Assembly: GCA_019241645.1 (NCBI GenBank)
Contig: JAFAWQ010000017.1
Span: 1,973 to 65,972, forward strand
Source: Alphaproteobacteria bacterium
GTDB lineage: Bacteria > Pseudomonadota > Alphaproteobacteria > Micropepsales > Micropepsaceae
Direction: 5' to 3'
DNA length: 64,000 nt
Part shown: positions 29,672 to 37,378 of the stretch, one piece after another
Numbering within the stretch: the stretch's first letter is position 1
Layout: each line of letters starts with the position of its first letter
Notes under the pieces: model-generated
Told to the model about the DNA's origin: nothing
Seen by the model: only the letters and a program-made list of their open reading frames with translations
The model's database searches: none
Translations under genes and position numbers: made by a program

Positions 29672-29857
29672 ATGCGCGACAGGGCTGCGCAAGCGGAGCA
29701 CTACCGCAACAAGGCCGAGGAAACCAGGATCATTGCCGAGTCGATGCAGCACGAAGAAACCAGGCAGTTTCTGATGAGGGTCTCGCACGATTACAGCATG
29801 CTGGCCGGCGTCCTGGAGCGAACTACCTTGGGGGATGTGCTTCCGGCGAGCGAGTGA
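29672..29857 (+). CDS. Small helical hypothetical protein
   Basis: 61 aa MRDRAAQAEHYRNKAEETRIIAESM..LMRVSHDY; GGAGA/GGGG upstream; amphipathic pattern like small rhizobial hypotheticals. Confidence 0.65.
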   Translation: MRDRAAQAEHYRNKAEETRIIAESMQHEETRQFLMRVSHDYSMLAGVLERTTLGDVLPASE

Positions 29858-30079
29858 GCCGCACCCGGTGAAATTCTGTATCGTTATCGCGCGGAATTGC
29901 CGGTCTGGCAGTCTGGGCTTCTCTTCGCCAAATGAAAGGATTCGGAAACCAAACCGTTTCGTGCTAGTTTCCGTATTGTCGCCAGCACGCACCCATGGGC
30001 GCTGGCGTTTGAGAGACCTCCGGGGCACCCATCAAGACTCGTGTCCGCGCTCCCGCTCGCAGCAGCAAGGGATGCCGAT

Positions 30080-30328
30080 ATGCTCCAATATCATTTCTAC
30101 CAGACAGACAGCGCAGGCCGGTTTTTGCACGGCGCGACCATTCTCCTTCCCAACGATGAAACGGCGCTTGCGAAGGCGCGCGAATACGCTGCGCAGTGCA
30201 ATGTGGAAGTGTGGAAGGACCAGTTGCGGCTGGCGGTCATATTCTGCGCGAACCCGGTCGACGCCACGGTGGCGGATCCTTCGCATGCGATCTCTGTTGC
30301 GGAGACCGATCGGCGCCTGACAGCCTGA
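30080..30328 (+). CDS. Small hypothetical protein
   Basis: YHFYQTDSAGRF..DETALAKARE..VEVW pattern, familiar from small rhizobial hypotheticals; AAGGG upstream of ATG 30080. Confidence 0.65.
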   Translation: MLQYHFYQTDSAGRFLHGATILLPNDETALAKAREYAAQCNVEVWKDQLRLAVIFCANPVDATVADPSHAISVAETDRRLTA

Positions 30329-30472
30329 CGAGAAAGCATCAGGGCTCTGAGAGCGGGTTCGCGGCTTGCCTGTTTCGCAGGAACCCATGTTGCAGCGCGC
30401 CTTGCGAAGCCGCAGTGGATGATCGTTGTCGCAGACGGTATAAGCGCCCATCGACAAAATCGGGAGCATGCG

Positions 30473-30658
30473 ATGGCGCTGCAAATGAAAGAGCGGTGTG
30501 AACGCTGCGACACGACGCTGCCCGCGGACTCGCAAGAGGCGCACATCTGCAGCTTCGAATGCACTTTCTGCGCCGCCTGCGGCGCGGCCATGGATCATGT
30601 CTGCCCGAATTGCCGGGGCGAATTAGTGCCCCGTCCCCGGCGCGCGGCGCGCGCGTGA
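30473..30658 (+). CDS. DUF1272-family Cys-rich protein
   Basis: CERC, ICSFECTFCAAC, CPNCRGELVPRP. Confidence 0.9.
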   Translation: MALQMKERCERCDTTLPADSQEAHICSFECTFCAACGAAMDHVCPNCRGELVPRPRRAARA

Positions 30659-31491
30659 ACTATCGCCATGTCTTTCACGCCGGCAACTTCGCCGATGTGC
30701 ACAAGCATGTGGCGCTGGTCTGCATTCTCCAGCGTCTGCAGCGCAAGGAAACGCCGTTTGCCGTGATCGACACGCATGCCGGCCGAGGCCTCTACGATCT
30801 CTCGACAGCGGAGGCGGCACGAACAGGGGAGGCCGCGGACGGGATCGGAAAGCTGGCGGCGCATTCCGCCGAAACACCGGCATTGGCCAAGTATCTGAGT
30901 GTTGTTCGCACTTTCGGACCGGAGACCTATTCCGGTTCGCCCGCCATCGCCGCGCGCCTGTTGCGGCCGCAAGACCGGCTGGTCGCCATCGAGAGCGAGG
31001 CCGGTGAATTCCACGAACTGGCAAGCGTGCTGGCGAGGCGGCCGAATGTTCGCTGCATGCACGCCGACGGTTACACGAGCCTCTCGCGGCTGCTGCCGCC
31101 GCCGGAACGGCGCGGCGTTGTCTTCATGGATCCGCCGTATGAGGATGCGGACGAGATGCAGCAGGTCGCGGCCGCTATTGGCGCCGCGCATCGGCGGTTC
31201 GCCACCGGCGCATACGCGATCTGGTATCCGCTCAAATCGGAAGTTCCCGCTCAGGCACTCGCCGGAGAACTGGAGAGCGCGGGCATTCGCAGGCTTCTCT
31301 CGCTGATTATGGATATCGGCAGCGGGAAACACGATGCGCCGGGGCGGCTTGGCGCCTCCGGGCTGCTGGTGGTGAACCCGCCTTATGGACTGGACGCCGA
31401 AATGCGCGATGCGCAAGCCGAGCTGCTGCCGCTTCTGAAGCGCGGCGGCGGAGCCAAATCAGACATTCAATGGCTGATCGGCGAACCCTAG
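30655..31491 (+). CDS. rlmJ: 23S rRNA m6A2030 methyltransferase
   Basis: MNYRHVFHAGNFADVHKH, DTHAGRG, YSGSP, DPPY, WYPLK; GTG overlaps the DUF1272 stop. Confidence 0.95.
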   Translation: MNYRHVFHAGNFADVHKHVALVCILQRLQRKETPFAVIDTHAGRGLYDLSTAEAARTGEAADGIGKLAAHSAETPALAKYLSVVRTFGPETYSGSPAIAARLLRPQDRLVAIESEAGEFHELASVLARRPNVRCMHADGYTSLSRLLPPPERRGVVFMDPPYEDADEMQQVAAAIGAAHRRFATGAYAIWYPLKSEVPAQALAGELESAGIRRLLSLIMDIGSGKHDAPGRLGASGLLVVNPPYGLDAEMRDAQAELLPLLKRGGGAKSDIQWLIGEP

Positions 31492-31537
31492 CCGTGCTTG
31501 AAGTGCGCCGGGACCGCCCCTATGTTCGCCGCCCCGC

Positions 31538-31627
31538 GGACAGGTGGCAGAGCGGTTGAATGCACCGCACTCGAAATGCGGCATACGCGCAAGCGTATCG
31601 GGGGTTCGAATCCCTCCCTGTCCGCCA
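31538..31627 (+). tRNA. tRNA-Ser(CGA)
   Basis: GGACAGG acceptor stem pairing with CCTGTCC, anticodon arm CCGCA-CTCGAAA-TGCGG, long variable arm, GGTTCGAATCC T-loop, encoded CCA; 90 nt. Confidence 0.97.
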
Positions 31628-31773
31628 CTCCTGCAAGATTTCCTGTGATTCATCGAGAGATTGGGTGCTGTCCGTAACTCGCAAAAGCCGGCAACAAGAC
31701 AATTAAGCTGACGGTCTGTTGTGCGGTTCCAGCTGCGATGCCACAGTGGCCCGACACGGCGGGAGATGAAGAC

Positions 31774-33339
31774 ATGACACATCGGTGCTGGCTATGGCCT
31801 CTTGCAATCTTCTCCACCGCCATAGCGGCCAGTTCCGCGTTTGCGAGCGGACCTATCTCTACAAAGGCGTTGCAGTTCGAGATCAGCAGGCCGGTGCGTG
31901 ATCTTCCGCCGCCTAGCGGCAGCCGAAATGTGAAAGTGCCCTTGCGCGTCAATCCACTTGCCAGTGAATTGGGTCATGGCCAGCGTGGCACATGGACCAG
32001 AGGCCGGCCACCCGCCGATCCACTGCTTCAACAGGCGAGCAATGGAGCCAAGCCCACCCCGCCGCTCGATCTTCGATTCAAAGGCATCGGCAACCCTTTC
32101 GCGTGCGGCGGCTGCAGTCCGCCTGACACCAACGGCGATGTTGGCCTCAACGAATATGTGCAGATCGTGAATGCCAGCCCGATTGGCGTTTTCAACAAAG
32201 CGGACGGAAAGCAACTCAAGATTTTCGATCTGGGCTCGCTATGGACAACTGGCCCCTGTGCACAGGATGTTGGCGATCCCGTTGCGGTGTTCGATGCCAT
32301 GGCGCAGCGGTGGCTCTTTACACAACTCGCTTCGCCCCATCACGTCTGCATCGCCGTTTCCCAAACGAGCGATCCGCTTGGCGCGTATTATCTGTACCTG
32401 TTCGACGTCGGCGACTTCCCGGACTACTTCAAATTAGGCGTGTGGTCGGATGCATATCTGGGAGCTGCAAACCAAACCACCTATACAGCCATGGCATTCG
32501 ACCGCGCCAAGATGCTGGTTGGCGATCCAAACGCCGGTCTAATCAAGTTCGACGGCGAGACCAACCTTCTCATGCCCGCGAGCGTAACCGGGCCTTTGCA
32601 GCCGGCGCCGGGCGGCTATTTCTTCACCTTCAAAGACGATGCCTTTCACGGCGGCAAAGATCGAATCGAATTGTTCCGCCTCACACCCAATTTCCGTCAC
32701 ACGAATAAGAGCAAGTTTGAACTCGTGAAGGCCTTCAAGACTGCGCCCTTCACCTACACCGTCTGCGGTTTCTTCAATTTCGACTGCATCCCGCAGAAGG
32801 GGACATCAGTGCTCGTCGACGCAGTCAGCGAATGGCCTATGCAGCATCTCGCGTATCGCCTGATCGGTTCGCGGGAGGAACTGGTGGGCAACTTTACCGT
32901 CGGCGGCGGCTCAGCCGATCCCGGTGCCGCAGTCCGCTGGTTTGAGCTGCGAAATACCGGAAACAAGTGGAAGCTCATCCAGGAGGGAACGCAAGATTTG
33001 GCTGACGGTCTAAACCGCTTCATGGGCAGCATTTCCATCGATCAGGCGGGAGATATTGCCTTGGGTTATTCTGCATCGAGCGCGAACGATTATCCCAGCA
33101 TTCGTTACGCGACGCGTACTCCGACCGATCCGCCTGGCACGCTCGGCGCGGAGAATGTTCTCAAAAAGGGCAAGGGATCGCAGATCGAATCCGACCGTTG
33201 GGGCGACTACAGCGGAATGGTCGTGGATCCTGTCGGCGGCTGCCAGTTCTGGTACACGAACGAATTCTATCCGGAAGATTCGGGAAGCGATTGGCAAACG
33301 GAGATAGGCGCCTTCACCGTGCCGGAGTGCTCGCAATAG
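31774..33339 (+). CDS. Secreted uncharacterised protein with RWGDY motif
   Basis: Signal peptide from ATG 31774; motifs PPDTNGDVG, GDPVAVFD, DYFKLGVW, RFMGSI, RWGDYSGMVVDP, FWYTNE. Confidence 0.85.
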   Translation: MTHRCWLWPLAIFSTAIAASSAFASGPISTKALQFEISRPVRDLPPPSGSRNVKVPLRVNPLASELGHGQRGTWTRGRPPADPLLQQASNGAKPTPPLDLRFKGIGNPFACGGCSPPDTNGDVGLNEYVQIVNASPIGVFNKADGKQLKIFDLGSLWTTGPCAQDVGDPVAVFDAMAQRWLFTQLASPHHVCIAVSQTSDPLGAYYLYLFDVGDFPDYFKLGVWSDAYLGAANQTTYTAMAFDRAKMLVGDPNAGLIKFDGETNLLMPASVTGPLQPAPGGYFFTFKDDAFHGGKDRIELFRLTPNFRHTNKSKFELVKAFKTAPFTYTVCGFFNFDCIPQKGTSVLVDAVSEWPMQHLAYRLIGSREELVGNFTVGGGSADPGAAVRWFELRNTGNKWKLIQEGTQDLADGLNRFMGSISIDQAGDIALGYSASSANDYPSIRYATRTPTDPPGTLGAENVLKKGKGSQIESDRWGDYSGMVVDPVGGCQFWYTNEFYPEDSGSDWQTEIGAFTVPECSQ

Positions 33340-33612
33340 CCGCTTTCGAAGTGTGGTTGTCTATTAGCGGAATTTGGACTGAAGCGCGTGGTCGCACCTC
33401 ACTCGGCCTGTCAGCATCGCAACAGGAATCTCACGCGCTCATGAACCACTGGCGTTTCTCAAACATGTCGCCGCGCCGGTATGCAAGCTTTCCGGGCTTG
33501 GCCCGATGCGGGTGTTCGGGCGCCGATCGCGGTTCTGCTCCCTGAAATCCGCTGCGCGCGGCCATCGGACTGGTAAATAAACCTTAGTATCTGCCGCCTT
33601 AGGTTCGCCGGC

Positions 33613-35832
33613 ATGGAGATTGCCGCTTCCGCGCGACCTGTTCTGCCGGCCGAGGCGAAAGCATCGGCGTTGAAGGCCGTTTTCGCCGCGGCGATTTTCA
33701 TCAGCGCCTTTCTGCTGTTCTGGGTGCAGCCGCTGTTTTCCAAGATGGTGCTGCCGTCGCTGGGCGGATCGCCGTCGGTGTGGAACACGGCGATGATGTT
33801 CTTCCAGCTCGTACTGCTCGGCGGATATTGCTATGCGCATCTGTTGACCCGCAGCGTAACGCGGCTGCATTGGCAGTTCGCGATCCACGGCGCGATCGTT
33901 GTCGCCGGGCTCTTCTTCCTGCCGCTCGCCATTTCGCGCGATCTCGCTCCGCCGGCGGACGCATCGCCCATTCCATGGCTGCTCGCTCTGCTGGCGGCAT
34001 CGGTGGGATGGCCGTTCTTCGCCTTGTCGGCGTCGGCGCCGCTGCTGCAGGCCTGGTTTGCGCGCAGCGGGCACAGGCAGAGCGGCGATCCCTATTTTCT
34101 CTATGCCGCGAGCAATTGCGGCAGCCTTCTGGCGCTGTTGTCGTTTCCGATTTTGCTCGAGCCGAGGCTGACCTTGGCGGGCCAGTCTACAGGCTGGGCA
34201 TTGGGTTACGCGGCCCTGCTCGCGGTTCTGATTGCCGTCGCCGTGTTTGTGTCGAGAAGGAACGCAGGCGAGATACTTCCGGCACCCGATGCACCCGCCA
34301 TCGCGCCGTCGACGACGAGCTGGCGTGAGCGACTCGTCTGGATGGCGCTGGCCTTTGTGCCCTCGAGCCTTCTGTTGGGCGTGACCACCTACATCACCAC
34401 GGATATCGCCTCCGCTCCGCTGTTGTGGGTGATTCCGCTGGCGCTCTATCTGCTCTCTTTCATCGTGGCTTTCTCGCGCCACTCGCTTCTGGAAACCGGC
34501 TGGGCCCTGAAAGCCCAGACGGTCGGCATCCTGTGCGTTGCAGCGCTGGCCTTCTCGCGCGGATCGGTATTCATCATCGCCGGCGCACATCTGTTGACGT
34601 TTTTTGTCACCGCGGTCGTCTGCCATAGCGAACTGGCGAGGCGCAGGCCCAGTGCCGAAAACCTGACCGTCTTCTATTTCTGCATGTCCGCCGGCGGCGC
34701 GGCCGGCGGCGTGTTCAACGCGCTCGTTGCGCCCATGATCTTCTCGTCGAGTTACGAATACTATCTGGCGTTGATCGCGGCATGCGCCTTGCGCAGCCTC
34801 ATGAAAGATCAACCCAGGACTCTCACGTTACGTGATGTCGTCTATCCGCTGTTGCTGGCGGGCCTCGTCGCGGCGATGTCCTATCGCATGATCGACGCGG
34901 CCTCTGTCGGCGTGGTCACCCGTTTGGCGTGCATCATTCCCTGCACGATCGCCCTCTATCTCTTCGCCGAGCGCCCGTTCCGTTTCGCATTCAGCGTGGC
35001 GGGCGTGTTCCTCGCTTCCATGCTAATTCAAGGTTCCGATGTGCTGCACATCGAGCGGAACTTTTTCGGTGTGAGCAAGGTCAAGCTTGTCAAGAATGGC
35101 CGCATGACGGCGCTGGTCCACGGCACGACCATGCATGGAACCGAGTTCGTGGATCCCGCGCTGCGGCGCGAGCCGCTGGCGTACTACGCCCGCTCGGGTC
35201 CGGTCGGACAGGCGCTTGCCTTGTCAGGCAAAAGGCCCAGCGTGGCGGCCATCGGCCTGGGTACCGGCGCGCTTGTCTGTTATCGCAAACCGGGCGAACG
35301 CTGGACGTTCTTCGAGATCGACGGCGCCGTCGAGCGGATCGCGCGCGACACGCGCTACTTCCATTATCTCGCCGACTGCGGCGGCGACACGAAGGTGGTG
35401 CTCGGAGACGGCAGATTGTCCCTGAAGGCGCTGCCCGACCGTTCCTACGATTTGATCATCCTCGACGCCTTCAGCTCGGATGCGATCCCCATGCATCTCC
35501 TCACCAGGGAAGCGATCCAGCTATACCTGAAGAAACTGAAGCCGCGCGGCGTGATTTTGGCGAACATCAGCAACAATTATCTGGACCTTTTGCCAATCCT
35601 GTCCACGCTGATCGATAGCGTCGGCGCCGCGGGCAAGCATGAAACGTTTCTCCCCAGCGCAGCCGACGCCGCCCACGGTGCCACGGCTTCAATTTGGGTG
35701 GCGATCAGCGCCGCGCCGGCCGACCTCGATTTCCTGGCGTCTGAAAAGCGCTGGCGCGACATCAACAAGCGGCAGGGCGGGACGCCGTGGTCCGACGATT
35801 TCTCAAACATATTCAGCGCCGTCAGATGGTGA
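33613..35832 (+). CDS. Membrane-fused spermidine-synthase-like methyltransferase
   Basis: Multi-TM N-terminus (SAFLLFWVQP, GGSPSVWNT, DPYFLYAASN), then IGLGTG, EID, GDGR, DAFSSDAIP, WSDDFSN. Confidence 0.9.
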   Translation: MEIAASARPVLPAEAKASALKAVFAAAIFISAFLLFWVQPLFSKMVLPSLGGSPSVWNTAMMFFQLVLLGGYCYAHLLTRSVTRLHWQFAIHGAIVVAGLFFLPLAISRDLAPPADASPIPWLLALLAASVGWPFFALSASAPLLQAWFARSGHRQSGDPYFLYAASNCGSLLALLSFPILLEPRLTLAGQSTGWALGYAALLAVLIAVAVFVSRRNAGEILPAPDAPAIAPSTTSWRERLVWMALAFVPSSLLLGVTTYITTDIASAPLLWVIPLALYLLSFIVAFSRHSLLETGWALKAQTVGILCVAALAFSRGSVFIIAGAHLLTFFVTAVVCHSELARRRPSAENLTVFYFCMSAGGAAGGVFNALVAPMIFSSSYEYYLALIAACALRSLMKDQPRTLTLRDVVYPLLLAGLVAAMSYRMIDAASVGVVTRLACIIPCTIALYLFAERPFRFAFSVAGVFLASMLIQGSDVLHIERNFFGVSKVKLVKNGRMTALVHGTTMHGTEFVDPALRREPLAYYARSGPVGQALALSGKRPSVAAIGLGTGALVCYRKPGERWTFFEIDGAVERIARDTRYFHYLADCGGDTKVVLGDGRLSLKALPDRSYDLIILDAFSSDAIPMHLLTREAIQLYLKKLKPRGVILANISNNYLDLLPILSTLIDSVGAAGKHETFLPSAADAAHGATASIWVAISAAPADLDFLASEKRWRDINKRQGGTPWSDDFSNIFSAVRW

Positions 35833-35860
35833 TGGGCTGTTCGGGTGCCGTCACAGAGGT

Positions 35861-36040
35861 TCAGGCCTTGCTCCACTTGCCCTTGTGGATGTCGAACTTC
35901 ACCTTTCCCGCCGCCCGCATGCGCAGCAGCAATTCCTGCAGGCCATCGGTGTTTTTGTTGCTGGGATCGAGCCGCTGCTGCAGCGGGTAAAGGGCGCGCG
36001 GCTTGTCCAGTGCCGCCAGCACTTCTTCTTCCTTGATCAT
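35861..36040 (-). CDS. Small winged-helix-like hypothetical protein
   Basis: 59 aa MIKEEEVLAALDKPRALYPLQQRL..LQELLLRMRAAGKVKF..GKW; GGGAGA SD 9 nt upstream; follows pdeM on the same strand. Confidence 0.65.
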   Translation of the reverse strand: MIKEEEVLAALDKPRALYPLQQRLDPSNKNTDGLQELLLRMRAAGKVKFDIHKGKWSKA

Positions 36041-36099
36041 GACCGATGTTCTCCCAGGCCCTTTCGTCATTATGGCGCCGATGCAACGCCAGAGGAAGC

Positions 36100-36753
36100 T
36101 CAGGCCGCGACGGCGTACACGCGTGCGCGGCCGAGAACGTAGGCCAGGAACCTGTCGGCGAAGAGCGAGCGCAGCGGCCGTTCGCGCACATCGAGGCCGC
36201 CGGTGTAGGCGCCGAAGGCCGGCAGTACCATGCGATGTCCATCCGAAGCGAAGCAGCGGGCGCGAATAGAGCGGCCGCGCCGCGTCACCTTCGCGCAGGG
36301 ATGCAGGTGCCCGGCAATTTCGCCTTTGGCTGGATGAGGCGAGGGCAGGTGGCGGAAGATCAGTCCGCCGATGGCGATTTCCGAGGTGACAAAGCCGCCG
36401 AGCCACGTGGGTGGATGCGGATCGTGATTGCCTTCAATCCAGATCCATTCTGTGTTGTAGCCGAGTTCGCGCAGCACTGTGCGTTCGTTTTCATCCAGTC
36501 GGTTGGCGGCATCGCGGTCGTGGAACGAGTCGCCGAGCGCGATGATGCGTTCGGAAGTGTAGTGCTGCGCCAGCGCCGAGATGCGCGCCAGGGTGGAGCG
36601 GGTGTCGTATGGCGGCAGCAATTGTCCGCCGCGCGCGAACGACGACCCCTTTTCGAAATGCAGATCGGCGAACACCAGCGTGCGTTCCGCCGCCCACCAT
36701 AACGCTCCGGAGGGATGGAGTATCAGCTGCTCGCCATTGACGTTTAGCTTCAC
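36100..36753 (-). CDS. pdeM: Ligase-associated DNA damage response metallophosphoesterase
   Basis: ADLHFEKG, PPYDT, LGDSFHD, GNHD, RH and GHLHP motifs; GTG 36753 after GGGGGAG. An in-frame extension to 36966 is possible. Confidence 0.92.
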   Translation of the reverse strand: MKLNVNGEQLILHPSGALWWAAERTLVFADLHFEKGSSFARGGQLLPPYDTRSTLARISALAQHYTSERIIALGDSFHDRDAANRLDENERTVLRELGYNTEWIWIEGNHDPHPPTWLGGFVTSEIAIGGLIFRHLPSPHPAKGEIAGHLHPCAKVTRRGRSIRARCFASDGHRMVLPAFGAYTGGLDVRERPLRSLFADRFLAYVLGRARVYAVAA

Positions 36754-36777
36754 CTCCCCCAACGCGGATTCTTGGTT

Positions 36778-36896
36778 CCTCCCCTGCGAAGCGGGGGAGG
36801 GGGACCACGCGAAGCGTGGTGGAGGGGGCGAAAGCGGCGCGACAACTGCGCCCCCCTCCCCGCTTTCGGCGGTACTCCCCCCGTAAACGGGGGGAG
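36778..36896. repeat. ~119 bp alphaproteobacterial palindromic element (CIR/RIME-like MITE)
   Basis: Four hairpins in mirror layout: CCTCCCC..GGGGAGG, ACCACGC-GAA-GCGTGGT, then GGAGGGGGCG, an 18-nt core, CGCCCCCCTCC, CCGC-TTTCG-GCGG and CTCCCCCCG-TAAA-CGGGGGGAG. Confidence 0.8.
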
Positions 36897-36987
36897 AGCC
36901 ATTACTCGATACGTTCCGACCTCCCGGAATAGGGGGAGGTAAGACGTTGGTCGCATCCTCGCTCACGCACTAAACTCCATACCAGAA

Positions 36988-37028
36988 TTCCCTCTCCCCC
37001 TCTGGGTGAGAGGGTTAGGGTGAGGGGG
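36988..37028 (+). repeat. Left palindromic half-repeat of cassette
   Basis: TTCCCTCTCCCCCTCTGGGTGAGAGGGTTAGGGTGAGGGGG; inverted counterpart of 37331-37376. Confidence 0.85.
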
Positions 37029-37320
37029 ATGCCTTTTCCTCAATAGCCTTCGCTTCGCTCTCGCTCCCAGCGCCGTAAAACGTGCAGCCGCGATTGGGCG
37101 CTTTCGGAATTTCAAAGACGCTGATTCGCCACCCCTGCTCAACCTTCAGCGACGATAGCGGACCTAACCGCTGTCTCTCAACGTCTTTGCGTACAATCTT
37201 TATCGCCTTTGCAGCCCCACTCTCCTGATCGCGCGCCCAGCACCACCGAGTTGTGTAGAAGCCCACGATTCCATTCCGTATATTTCCAGTTCCATGAACT
37301 CTGAATCGATAGAACGACAT
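37015..37320 (-). CDS. Orphan hypothetical protein inside repeat-bounded cassette
   Basis: 101 aa with GFYTTR..A...A..GCTFY pattern; visibly more AT-rich than the flanking lhr and pdeM; stop codon lies inside the left repeat. Confidence 0.7.
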   Translation of the reverse strand: MSFYRFRVHGTGNIRNGIVGFYTTRWCWARDQESGAAKAIKIVRKDVERQRLGPLSSLKVEQGWRISVFEIPKAPNRGCTFYGAGSESEAKAIEEKASPSP

Positions 37321-37330
37321 TTCGTCGCGT

Positions 37331-37376
37331 CACCCCTCACCCCGACCCTCTCCCCCACTTCGTGGGGGCGAGGGAG
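37331..37376 (-). repeat. Right palindromic half-repeat of cassette
   Basis: Reverse complement CTCCCTCGCCCCCACGAAGTGGGGGAGAGGGTCGGGGTGAGGGGTG; starts 2 nt after the lhr stop. Confidence 0.85.
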
Positions 37377-37378
37377 AT

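Noticed and set aside
31538-36100. Possible genomic island integrated at tRNA-Ser
   Set aside because: No integrase, and I could not find a duplicated tRNA 3' end (att) in the window; at most an old hotspot.
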